Assembly (NCBI GenBank): GCA_965200315.1
Contig: OZ241362.1
Coordinates: 5,152,001 to 5,216,000, forward strand
Origin: Candidatus Latescibacterota bacterium
GTDB lineage: Bacteria; Latescibacterota; UBA2968; UBA8231
Length of the DNA: 64,000 bases
Reading direction: 5' to 3'
The position numbers and the translations under genes are program-made. How positions within the stretch are numbered: the first letter of the stretch is position 1; each line of letters opens with the position of its first letter. Positions 49,225 through 58,574 of this stretch are shown here, one piece after another. The notes beneath the pieces are model-generated. The model did no database searches, was not told the DNA's origin, and saw only the letters and a list, made by a program, of their open reading frames with translations.

Positions 49225-51768
49225 ATGTTGAGCAACATAGTCCAATCGCTACGAGTATGGGTCCGGTGTCTATGGCATCGAAGAACCCATGCGTCCCAAA
49301 AAAAAGCAAATTCCTATCCATTTTCGGAATCTCAGGTCCCTGCGAGAGAGTCGCCGGAAGTCCCCCAAGAGTTGACTCCACCTACAAAGTGGAGACAGCG
49401 CAAACCTGACACAGATAGCTTGGAGAGCGATCACACTACGGAAGTGGCAGACTGTGCTGAAGAGGATAATCCGCAGGCAGGGCCAGGGGGCCCTTATTCA
49501 GTGGACGCCAAACCCGAAGAGGACAACCACAAGACTGTATCTGATAGTCGGAACGCTGCTGACGAAGAGCCCAATGATGACGAGTTCGCCAAGTCCGGCC
49601 AAGTTCCCATAGAAATCGAACCGGTCACGCCAAGCAGTACCGGTTCAGAAAAGACACCTTCCGATCCGCCGGAAGATGCACTTTTGGAGCTGGATTCGTC
49701 TTTGGCACAACCTGCCGAAGCTCGCGAAAACGTACCTAATAGCAATGCCGACGTCGGCGATTCATTGCAGCCCGACTTGATCGCCCTGCCTCCTGAGCCA
49801 CCGAAGAAGGCCGAACCGCCTGAAGACAACGCTCGCATTGAGAATTCAGCTTCTCTGGAGAACAAGGGGAAGAAACAAAATCGAAGTCAAAAGTCCCCAC
49901 GTAGAATAGGCGGAAGGCGAAATGGACCGACACAGTCCCCATCGCCAGTCGATGACGATGCTAAGGACGAGCCAACGTTTACACCTTGCCCGGAACTCAT
50001 CTGCCGCAAGGCTTCTGGGGCTTGGCAGTGGGAGGTCGTGTTGGCTGTGGATGCCGAATGCAACATCATGGGAGTTCGGCACGATGGCGAACCTCTGGAT
50101 ATGGTGAACGGCGAATACAGTCTTTCGGCCTTGGCTGGCAGCTTGTCTATTGACTACGAAGATCGCGAATCGGATCAGTTGCCGTTGTTCGACGACAGGC
50201 CGCTGATCTTCAAGATGCCGAACGATTGGAATGGTGCTGGTCCCAAGGTAGGCGGCATCACCAGTGGATACTTCATCGTTATGGTCCCGAGGGAGTGGAA
50301 ACGCACGGGGAGCGCACCTGTTGCGCCGGAGAAATGCACGGACGCGAACTTCATGGCGCATTTTTTCTATATGGAGAAAGGCGGTCCGGCGGGAGATGTA
50401 GGCGGGTTCGAGGATTGCGATCTCGAATTGACCAAAACCGGCTTTGAGTTGGACGGGGACCGTGTCTTTGACGATTGTGAAAACGGCGAGTTATTCGTTG
50501 GTGATCCGCCAAGGCTGTGCCCTGCCTCAGGCATTGTGTGGGCGCGGATCGGCGAAGAAAAGACGGGCGGATGGAAAGGAGAGAACTTCAAGCCGGCCGA
50601 GCAATCTCTTGCGGAGGTTTTGAATGGCCGCCAAGGGCGATTCTTTGTCCGTGTTTACGACGATGGCGCGAAGTTGCTAGACAGTGGCGAGTTTCGCTAT
50701 CTGCGCGACCTCCGGGCGATTCGCGTGAATGATGAACCGCACTCTGCGAATACACTGCTCGTCCCGTCCTCAACAGGATATTCGTCGGCAAAGGTACAAT
50801 TCGTCAGTGCTGACGGCACTGCCATCCAACCAGACCTCGACACCGCCGGAACCCATGCAACCGTGCAGTCGGAAGGCACTCTTATAGTTGCGCCGCATCC
50901 GGATGGGGATCGCATATCGTGTGTCTTGCCGGCCGGTGCGGACCGCGTCGATACCGTCATCAAACTACCGCGCATTTGGTGGCAGATGAAGCAAGATGAT
51001 GGGGAGGCCGACGAATGGCGCGACAGGCCCTTGGCGATGAGTCGGCAGGAGTTTCGCCACTTCGAGGATGCGGCGATTCGATTGCGCTTGCCGCTGCGCG
51101 TTTCATCGGTCAAGGTGGGGTTCAGCGAGGAACTGGACCGGACCTATCGCCCCCAAAAGAATGGAGATAACACGGAGGCTGAGATACGTTTGTCCGACTT
51201 TATCGACTACGATCAGATTGACCAACGGCTGAACGAGGATGCTTTGCTCAATATTCAATGCGGCACAGAGGTAATGGCACTCATCCGTGTTTCTGCCGAT
51301 TCCGTACCGACGATCACAACTTTCAGGTCGGAACCGATGGTGGTCAAAATCGGCGAGACAGCTACATTGCACTGGGCCACCCAAAATGTGGAGTTGGATG
51401 GCGTTGTTGTTGTTATTGAACCTGAAATCGGCTCGGTGGAATCGAGCGGCAGCCAAACGGTCAAACCCACTGAAACCACTACTTACACGCTGAGACTGAG
51501 AGCTCCAGGCATAGAGGACGTGGAGCAAGCCGTTACTGTGGCAGTAAAGGCACGACCGCTGACAGAGGAGGAGCTATTTGCGCGGGTCAAGTGTGCGAAG
51601 TGTGCAGGTGGGGCTTGGCGACCAGGCGCAGGCTTCAGCCGCGGCGAGCTTTATGCCGCCGGTCTAACCAATGCGGACGCGATGCGCAGGTCCATCCCCA
51701 CCGATAGACGCCGCCGGAGTACGCATTTAGCCAACATAGACACCATCAAGAGGTTTATTGATGTCTGA
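49225..51768 (+). CDS. Hypothetical protein: acidic disordered N-terminus, beta-rich core, Ig-like repeat, C-terminal ribosomal eL13-like motif
   Basis: C-terminus WRPGAGFSRGELYAAGLTNADAMRRSIPTDRRRRSTHLANIDTIKRF. Stop overlaps the helicase start. Confidence 0.75.
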   Translation: MLSNIVQSLRVWVRCLWHRRTHASQKKANSYPFSESQVPARESPEVPQELTPPTKWRQRKPDTDSLESDHTTEVADCAEEDNPQAGPGGPYSVDAKPEEDNHKTVSDSRNAADEEPNDDEFAKSGQVPIEIEPVTPSSTGSEKTPSDPPEDALLELDSSLAQPAEARENVPNSNADVGDSLQPDLIALPPEPPKKAEPPEDNARIENSASLENKGKKQNRSQKSPRRIGGRRNGPTQSPSPVDDDAKDEPTFTPCPELICRKASGAWQWEVVLAVDAECNIMGVRHDGEPLDMVNGEYSLSALAGSLSIDYEDRESDQLPLFDDRPLIFKMPNDWNGAGPKVGGITSGYFIVMVPREWKRTGSAPVAPEKCTDANFMAHFFYMEKGGPAGDVGGFEDCDLELTKTGFELDGDRVFDDCENGELFVGDPPRLCPASGIVWARIGEEKTGGWKGENFKPAEQSLAEVLNGRQGRFFVRVYDDGAKLLDSGEFRYLRDLRAIRVNDEPHSANTLLVPSSTGYSSAKVQFVSADGTAIQPDLDTAGTHATVQSEGTLIVAPHPDGDRISCVLPAGADRVDTVIKLPRIWWQMKQDDGEADEWRDRPLAMSRQEFRHFEDAAIRLRLPLRVSSVKVGFSEELDRTYRPQKNGDNTEAEIRLSDFIDYDQIDQRLNEDALLNIQCGTEVMALIRVSADSVPTITTFRSEPMVVKIGETATLHWATQNVELDGVVVVIEPEIGSVESSGSQTVKPTETTTYTLRLRAPGIEDVEQAVTVAVKARPLTEEELFARVKCAKCAGGAWRPGAGFSRGELYAAGLTNADAMRRSIPTDRRRRSTHLANIDTIKRFIDV

Positions 51769-54700
51769 TGCAAACGACATACGACAATGGCCTGAGAAGA
51801 TTCGCCAACGTTATGAAAATTATCTGAAGACCTCCTTCTACTTCAAAGATCCGAGCCTGCGGAAATCCTTCCAAGCCGCGCTGAAGGAGGAAGGCAGTCT
51901 ATTGAAGGGTCCGTTTCCCGAACCGGCCCGTGGCTTCAAACAGGGCCTGAACGCAAGAGCGTTGGCACAGGAGTGTTTTCCTGACCAAATCGAAGGTCTT
52001 CTCCCGGCGCTGATTGACCGGCCGTTGTACGTGCATCAAGAGTGCGCGATCCGAGCCACGTACCAAAATCAACAGAACATCGTCGTCGCCACCGGCACCG
52101 CCAGCGGCAAGACCGAGAGTTTCCTCTACCCGATTCTATTTGAGTTGTACCGTCAGCATCTAGCTGGCAAACTGCGGGAGCCGGGGGTGCGGGCGATGAT
52201 CCTGTACCCGATGAATGCACTCGCCAACGACCAGCGCGAACGCCTTGGAAACATCTGCAAGGACTTGAGCGAAGCAGCGTCGCGATTCAAACCTACGTTC
52301 GGCCAGTACATCGGGCAGACGCCCGAAGATAGTAAAGACAACAGGCGCAATGCCGCTGCACGGGACGAGGAACGCTTGCCTGGCGAATTGGTCTTCCGCA
52401 AGGAGATGCGAGACGCGCCGCCGCACATCCTGTTGACCAACTACTCCATGCTGGAATACCTGCTCATTCGTCCCGACGACAGCCCGCTGTTCGACGACGG
52501 TCGGGGTACGCGCTGGCAGTTCATCGTGCTCGACGAGGCGCACCAATACCGCGGTGCCAAGGGCATGGAGATGGGCATGCTGATCCGGCGTCTCAAGCAG
52601 CGGTTGCGCGCTGGCGGTCGCAAAGATTCGTTTCGCTGCATCGCCACCAGCGCGACCATTTCCTCCGGCGAGGGAGAGGAAGACAAGCAAGCTGTGGCGG
52701 ATTTTGCCGAAGCGCTCTTTGGCGAACGCTTCTCGGTGCCAGGGATCATTTTTGGGGAATCTGAGCAGACAAGCAAAGACGGACGCCCGCGGCGTTATCA
52801 CGCCTTCCTGCGAGCACTTGAAGGAGCATTTCTGGTTCACAGAGAGGGGGCGGATGCCGTTGTGTTGAACCGCAAAGGCGTGATGGAGGACGGCTCCACT
52901 GCGGAACCGTTGGAAGTCGCGCTGTGCCGCGAGTGCGGGCAGCACTACTACGTTGGTCGGGAGAGAGGCGGAAAGCTGCAAGAGGCAGTCCGCGACCCCA
53001 GCCAGTCGGATTTTGGCGTGGACTACTATCTGCCATTGGAGGGAGCAACGCACGTTTTGTGTAGGCGCTGTGGTGCGCTCTCCCCATCCGGTCTCACATG
53101 CGGTTGCGGAGCGGCAATTCGCGTCAAGAAATGCAAATCTCACGAGGAGCATCCCGACCAACTCAAGCAATGCGAGACCTGCGGCTATCAACGCGGCGGC
53201 ATCGGCGATCCCGTGCAGGAGATCATTCACGGTTCTGACGGTCCTAATGCGGTCATCGCGACGGCTTTGCACGAGTTGCTGCCGGAAAACGGGCGCAAGG
53301 TGCTGGCTTTTGCCGACAGTCGGCAGGAAGCGGCGTTCTTCGCGTGGTACGCGGAGGACTCTTACGAGAAGGTTCGCGACCGCAATCTGATGTTACGTGC
53401 GCTGAGAGAGGGGCCGGTTGATCGGGAAGCCCTGTCCATTGACGACATCAAGAACCGGTTGCTCAAACAATGGGATTGGGCTGGCCTGTTTAAAGGATCA
53501 GATACTACGGAGAGCAAAAACCGCAGGGTGCTAGTAGCGATCTTTCGCGAAGCACTGACGGATGAGAGAAGGCTGTCTCTGGCTGGTGTCGGTTTGGTCA
53601 AGTGGTACGTCAAGATTCCTGATAACTTGACATTACCCCGAGCAATGAGAAATCCGCCGTGGAATCTCACGGACGAGGAAGCGTCCGGTCTGATAGGGTA
53701 CCTTTTGGACGAGATGCGCCTGCACCGCGCCATGGCTTTGTCGGAAAGCTCCGAAGCTCCGGCATGGAGCGATGTTTCGCCGTGGCCCCAACAAGCCTAC
53801 GGTTTGGGGCGACCCGGCAAACGGCGGCATGTCTCCGAGTGGGGCGGCTCCCAATCCGCAATCGTGAAGCACTTCCTTCACAGGTTGCTTGCAGGCAGTG
53901 GGCTGCCCGACGATAAGAAGCAGGTGAAATCAGAGGAGCTCATGAAGGATATATGGTGCGCACTGCGCGGCCATGCTGACGAGCCCATTCTTTGCCGAGA
54001 AAAGACGAACGGGACGTTTCGTCTCAACCCGCGCTGGTTGCGTATTAAGTTTGCCGCTCCCGATGAGATTTGGGAATGCAGTACCTGCGCTACGCTGACC
54101 CCTCACAACATTCGCCAAGTCTGTCCTAGAAATAAATGCCCCGGCTTCTTGATTCCGGCCGATCACACACGCCTTGAGGAAAATCATTATCGAATTCTTT
54201 ACGAAAGCACTGACTTGCCGCCCGTCCTGCGCTCGGAGGAGCACACCGCGCAGATCGAGAGCGACGAAGCGCGTCGGAGACAGGATTGTTTCAAGAACGG
54301 AAAGACGCACCTCCTCAGTTCCTCGACTACATTTGAAGTCGGAGTTGATCTAGGCGATCTAGAGGCTGTGTTCCTCCGCAATGTGCCGCCGGAGCCATTC
54401 AACTATACTCAGCGCGTCGGGAGGGCGGGACGCCGAGAGACACCGGGGCTCGCTCTGACCTACTGTCGTCGCAATCCGCATGATCTCTACCACTACGAAG
54501 ATCCCAAGAATCGCGTAATCGAAGGCAAGGTGCGGCCGCCGCGATTGCAGATGAAGAATGCGAAAATCATCGTCCGGCACATGGTCGCCACTGCCTTGTC
54601 TGCGTTTTTCAAGACTGTAGAGAATAGGGAACGTTTTAGGAACGTAGAAGCATTCATCGGAAATTGGTCGAATCCGTGCGCTGTATCCGACCTAAAGCAA

Positions 54701-55993
54701 TTCTGCGAGGATAACGATGTGTTGAGGGACTCTCTGAGCCGGATCGTGCCGCAGGATATGCGCGAAGAGACTGGCCTTGCCAGCGATGATTGGATTGACC
54801 AGATAGCTGGGCCGCAAAGCCGATTCGCCGATGTAGAAGCGGAAGTGTGCGCGGATTATCGCGAAATGGAGAAGTTCCGGCTGAAACTGTTCAATCAGCA
54901 TAAAGGAACAAACAGAGTCGAAGCTCGCATGAAAACCATTGCCGGCGAGCAGACTTTGAACTTCCTGTCGCGCAAGGCAGTCATTCCCAAATACGGCTTT
55001 CCCGTGGATGTCGTCGAGCTTGATACTCGTCCCCAGGTCGGCAACCCAACGGGTATATCACTTCAGCGTGATTTATCCCAAGCCATCGCCGAGTACGCGC
55101 CTGGCGGCAAGGTGGTGGCAAACAAACTGGAATGGGAATCTTGCGGGATCAAGAAGATTCCCGGGAAGGAATGGTCGATCCGTCATTACGAATACGATGA
55201 TGCTGATGCGCGTAACTTCAAGCAATGGAATGAAGGTGCCTTGCCCGAGCCCGAGCCCCACAATAGTAGAAAATACCTTATCCCGGAGTTCGGTTTCGTA
55301 ACGCCGCTGTTCACGAAACCCAAGGAACCGCGTGGACGAGTACAGCGCCTATATACGACTCGGCCGTTTTTCCAAGGCTTCGAAAAAAATGACCAACCCG
55401 ACCCCAAGAACATCCTCGGCGTACAAGTTACCAAGGCTCGGCCCGGAACTTTGGTCATCCTGTGCGAAGGCTGGAACAGAGGGGGGTTCTATATCTGCCT
55501 CTCTTGTGGCACTCACAAGACGAAATCAAAAGGGATTCACAAATCCCCTTCGGATTCCGAATGCTCCGGTCCCTTAGCCCAGTTCTCGCTTGGCCACGAA
55601 CTGGTCACGGACGTCGTGCGCTTGCAATTTCCTCAGCTAACAGGCGAGTGGGAAGCCTATTCGGTCGCCTACGCGGTCCTGCTCGGCGCAGCCGAGACCT
55701 TGGACGTACCGGATGCGGATCTAAATGTGACGATTACCGGCAGCACTGGGGAATCCGCAATAGTGCTCTACGACAACGTGCCGGGCGGCGCGGCACTGGT
55801 CGCACAACTGGAACAGGAGAGCGTCTTCAAGGAGATGCTCCGCAACGCACGGCAACGGGTTCAGGGCAATTGCGGCTGCGATTCGAGCTGCTACGGCTGC
55901 TTGCGGAGCTATCGAAATCAATTCGCCCATCCGCGCTTGGATCGGAAGAAGGCACTGGAGGCACTGGCGATCTTGGACACCCGCGTTGGGTGA
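51758..55993 (+). CDS. DEAH-box SF2 helicase with Zn fingers and C-terminal DUF1998 (DruE/MrfA-like)
   Basis: TGTASGKTE, YPMNALANDQ, LDEAH, SAT, AFADSRQ, STTFEVGVDLG, QRVGRAGR, LYDNVPGGA...CGCDSSCYGCLRSYRNQ..H..LDR. Confidence 0.92.
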   Translation: MMSDANDIRQWPEKIRQRYENYLKTSFYFKDPSLRKSFQAALKEEGSLLKGPFPEPARGFKQGLNARALAQECFPDQIEGLLPALIDRPLYVHQECAIRATYQNQQNIVVATGTASGKTESFLYPILFELYRQHLAGKLREPGVRAMILYPMNALANDQRERLGNICKDLSEAASRFKPTFGQYIGQTPEDSKDNRRNAAARDEERLPGELVFRKEMRDAPPHILLTNYSMLEYLLIRPDDSPLFDDGRGTRWQFIVLDEAHQYRGAKGMEMGMLIRRLKQRLRAGGRKDSFRCIATSATISSGEGEEDKQAVADFAEALFGERFSVPGIIFGESEQTSKDGRPRRYHAFLRALEGAFLVHREGADAVVLNRKGVMEDGSTAEPLEVALCRECGQHYYVGRERGGKLQEAVRDPSQSDFGVDYYLPLEGATHVLCRRCGALSPSGLTCGCGAAIRVKKCKSHEEHPDQLKQCETCGYQRGGIGDPVQEIIHGSDGPNAVIATALHELLPENGRKVLAFADSRQEAAFFAWYAEDSYEKVRDRNLMLRALREGPVDREALSIDDIKNRLLKQWDWAGLFKGSDTTESKNRRVLVAIFREALTDERRLSLAGVGLVKWYVKIPDNLTLPRAMRNPPWNLTDEEASGLIGYLLDEMRLHRAMALSESSEAPAWSDVSPWPQQAYGLGRPGKRRHVSEWGGSQSAIVKHFLHRLLAGSGLPDDKKQVKSEELMKDIWCALRGHADEPILCREKTNGTFRLNPRWLRIKFAAPDEIWECSTCATLTPHNIRQVCPRNKCPGFLIPADHTRLEENHYRILYESTDLPPVLRSEEHTAQIESDEARRRQDCFKNGKTHLLSSSTTFEVGVDLGDLEAVFLRNVPPEPFNYTQRVGRAGRRETPGLALTYCRRNPHDLYHYEDPKNRVIEGKVRPPRLQMKNAKIIVRHMVATALSAFFKTVENRERFRNVEAFIGNWSNPCAVSDLKQFCEDNDVLRDSLSRIVPQDMREETGLASDDWIDQIAGPQSRFADVEAEVCADYREMEKFRLKLFNQHKGTNRVEARMKTIAGEQTLNFLSRKAVIPKYGFPVDVVELDTRPQVGNPTGISLQRDLSQAIAEYAPGGKVVANKLEWESCGIKKIPGKEWSIRHYEYDDADARNFKQWNEGALPEPEPHNSRKYLIPEFGFVTPLFTKPKEPRGRVQRLYTTRPFFQGFEKNDQPDPKNILGVQVTKARPGTLVILCEGWNRGGFYICLSCGTHKTKSKGIHKSPSDSECSGPLAQFSLGHELVTDVVRLQFPQLTGEWEAYSVAYAVLLGAAETLDVPDADLNVTITGSTGESAIVLYDNVPGGAALVAQLEQESVFKEMLRNARQRVQGNCGCDSSCYGCLRSYRNQFAHPRLDRKKALEALAILDTRVG

Positions 55994-56024
55994 CCGCCTC
56001 TGGCCAGCTAGTGAGGTACAAAAG

Positions 56025-56888
56025 ATGATGCCCCCGCGTTTCTTCAATGAACACAAAAGGAGGGATCCACTGAAGTCTTTAGATCAGCCTACCGGAGCCG
56101 CTTGGCGGCCCGTTAGGCCAGACGAGTGCGCCGACCCGCTTGGCGCCTTGGCCCGGGCGGAGATACCGGCGATTCTGCTGCCCCAAGTTTGCACGCCAGC
56201 CGATTGCCAGCGGCTGATGGAGCGCTTTGGCGAGCGCGGGTTGCTGCGCACCCCGGGCGACCAGCGCTCGCGCATCGACATTGGCACCAGCCTCGGCAAC
56301 ATGGGCGGCGACCAAGAGGCATTCCTCGCTCATGCCGAGGAGACGGCCGCGCTTTTTGCCACCCTCTTCGCGGGTCTGCTCGACCCGGTGCAGCTGCTCT
56401 ATCGGCACTTGCAGGCGCTGGCGCCCAACAAGGCGGTTAAGACAGCGCGCGAGCGCGACGGGCGCTTGTACGGCCCGGCCATCTTTCGCATCCACTACGA
56501 GACCCATTCCTATAGTCCGCACATCGACCACGTAGTTCTGCGCGAAAAGCGATTCAACTACGAGGTAGCGCGCTTTACCCACCAATTTGCCGGTGTGCTG
56601 TGCGTGCAGAACGCGGATTCTGCGGGCCCTGGGGTGCAGGCGGTGTTGCACCGTTGTCTGTGGACCGAGGAGATACAGCCGCATATCGCCGAAGGCCGTT
56701 TTCACGAGTATGCGGCCGCGCATGGCGTGGAGCACTGCGAGGTCGCGCTCGCGCCGGGCGATTTGTATTTCTTCAATACGCGCTGCATCCACGAGGTCCC
56801 AGCGGTGCAGGGGCGCGATCCGCGGGTGGTGCTCGCCGTCTTCATTGGCTATGCCGACGACGACGACGAAATCTACGTGTGGTCTTAA
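56025..56888 (+). CDS. 2OG-Fe(II) oxygenase superfamily protein (start uncertain)
   Basis: PHID (HxD), PGDLYFFN..CIHEV....R. Confidence 0.7.
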   Translation: MMPPRFFNEHKRRDPLKSLDQPTGAAWRPVRPDECADPLGALARAEIPAILLPQVCTPADCQRLMERFGERGLLRTPGDQRSRIDIGTSLGNMGGDQEAFLAHAEETAALFATLFAGLLDPVQLLYRHLQALAPNKAVKTARERDGRLYGPAIFRIHYETHSYSPHIDHVVLREKRFNYEVARFTHQFAGVLCVQNADSAGPGVQAVLHRCLWTEEIQPHIAEGRFHEYAAAHGVEHCEVALAPGDLYFFNTRCIHEVPAVQGRDPRVVLAVFIGYADDDDEIYVWS

Positions 56889-56891
56889 CTC

Positions 56892-57986
56892 ATGCTGCCG
56901 TTCACGCGCATCGTCCGCGCCCTGCCGCCGACCATTCCCTTTGTGCCGCCCGAGGTGCTGGAGAGGGAGCAGGGACAGCCGCTCGCCCTGCGGGTTGGAG
57001 CTAACGAGAGCAATTTCGGGATCTCGCCGAAGGCGCGGCAGGCCATGGTGGAGGCGGTGGATCAAGTGCATTGGTACAACGACCCGGAGGGATACGAGCT
57101 GCGCTCGGCGCTGGCAGCGCGGCACGGGGTAGCGCGGGAAGAGGTCGTCTTGGGCGCGGGCATTGACGAAATTTTGGGACTGCTAGTGCGCCTGTTTGCC
57201 GAGCCGGGCGACTCAGTGGTGACGTCGCTAGGGGCCTATCCCACATTCAACTACCATGTCGAGGGGCACGGGGCGGTATTGCACAAGGTGCCCTATCGAG
57301 CGGATCGGGAGGATTTGCCGGCCCTGTTGGCCAAGGCGCGGCAAGTGCGCCCCAAGCTGCTTTATGTGGCCAACCCGGACAACCCCATGGGCACCTATCA
57401 GCGAGCCGACGAGTTGCGGGATTGTATCGCGGAGTTGCCGCCGGATTGTGTGTTCTTGCTCGACGAGGCGTATATCGACTTCGCCCCGGCGGATGCGCTG
57501 TTGCCGCTAGAAGTAGAACGGGCCCAGGTGGTGCGGTTGCGGACGTTTTCCAAGGCGCACGGCATGGCCGGGGCTAGGGTCGGCTACGCGCTGGCGCACC
57601 GCGATTTGGTGGCCGCGCTCAACAAGGTTCGCAATCACTTTGGAGTCAACCGCGTCGCCCAAGCCGGGGCACTTGCTTCGCTGAGCGACGACGAGTTTGT
57701 GCGCTCGGTGGTGCGGCAAGTGGAGGAAGGTCGGCGGGAATATGTGCAGCTAGCCACGGAATTGGGGCTGAAAACGGTGCCTTCGGCGACGAATTTCGTG
57801 GCACTCGACGTGGGCTGTGGCGAGTGTGCGCGCTGCCTGATGCAGGTGCTTTTGCAGCACGGGGTCTTCGTGCGGATGCCGGGCGTGGCTCCGCTCGACC
57901 GCTGCATCCGGCTGACCGTGGGGCCAAAAGCCGAGCGGCAAGCCTTTGCGAAGGTCTTGCGCGAGGTGTTGCCGCAGATTAGATGA
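56892..57986 (+). CDS. Class I/II PLP aminotransferase (HisC-like)
   Basis: GANES, ANPDNPMG, LDEAY, RTFSKAHGMAGARVGY. Confidence 0.9.
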   Translation: MLPFTRIVRALPPTIPFVPPEVLEREQGQPLALRVGANESNFGISPKARQAMVEAVDQVHWYNDPEGYELRSALAARHGVAREEVVLGAGIDEILGLLVRLFAEPGDSVVTSLGAYPTFNYHVEGHGAVLHKVPYRADREDLPALLAKARQVRPKLLYVANPDNPMGTYQRADELRDCIAELPPDCVFLLDEAYIDFAPADALLPLEVERAQVVRLRTFSKAHGMAGARVGYALAHRDLVAALNKVRNHFGVNRVAQAGALASLSDDEFVRSVVRQVEEGRREYVQLATELGLKTVPSATNFVALDVGCGECARCLMQVLLQHGVFVRMPGVAPLDRCIRLTVGPKAERQAFAKVLREVLPQIR

Positions 57987-58116
57987 ATGGAAGGGAGTTA
58001 TTACTTGACTCCGAATGCCCCTCGACAAGAACGGGCGCCACGTTCCAAATAACTCAACAGCTTCTCTAAAGGGAGTAGAGGCGGCATTTGAAACGAAATC
58101 TGAGGGAGCCTACACC

Positions 58117-58317
58117 ATGCTACCTGTCAAAGAGCAGGATATCATCGACGAAAATGATCAGCGCGTCAGCGTGGTGCTCGAAATAGGTGCCTACCAAAAG
58201 CTGCTGGAAGAGCTAGAGGAGCTAGAGTCGATTCGGGCCTACGACCAAGCTAAGTCAAGAGACGATGAGGCGATTCCTTTTGAGCAAGCGGTTGAAGAAA
58301 TCGAAAGTGAGTGCTGA
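58117..58317 (+). CDS. Putative antitoxin (RelB/Phd-like)
   Basis: IIDEN..RVSVVL....YQKLLEELEELE.IRAYD.AK...IPFEQ. Lies upstream of the relE remnant. Confidence 0.7.
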   Translation: MLPVKEQDIIDENDQRVSVVLEIGAYQKLLEELEELESIRAYDQAKSRDDEAIPFEQAVEEIESEC

Positions 58318-58545
58318 AATGGTACGGCCTTAGAATCCGGCGGCAAGCGCAGAGAGAATTGGCCCAATCGCCGTCTGGAATCCATGAGAAGGTGCCAACC
58401 CCGGTCAGCAGGATGCCGCAAACTGAAGGGGCGTGCAGGCTGGCGCATCCGGGCAGGGGATTACCGAGTGATTTATGAAATTGACGATCAGCAGAGTACG
58501 GTGACGGTTTTACACATTGGATATCGGCGGGATGTTTACCGCTGA
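58311..58545 (+). pseudogene. relE: RelE/ParE-family toxin, frameshifted
   Basis: [15 protein letters not shown]...EKV, then a frameshift into [26 protein letters not shown]...[11 protein letters not shown]. Length is 235 nt, not a multiple of 3. Confidence 0.8.
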
Positions 58546-58574
58546 ATGAGAGACTGTCTGTTTGGATAAAACCC

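Noticed and set aside
49150-56050. Possible att-like direct repeats flanking the helicase cassette (GTAC-AAAA...CCGCGT)
   Set aside because: The similarity is too short and gapped to distinguish from chance.
52160-57125. Minus-strand ORFs of 370 and 348 aa
   Set aside because: They are antisense to the helicase and to the oxygenase/aminotransferase genes, with no recognisable motifs.
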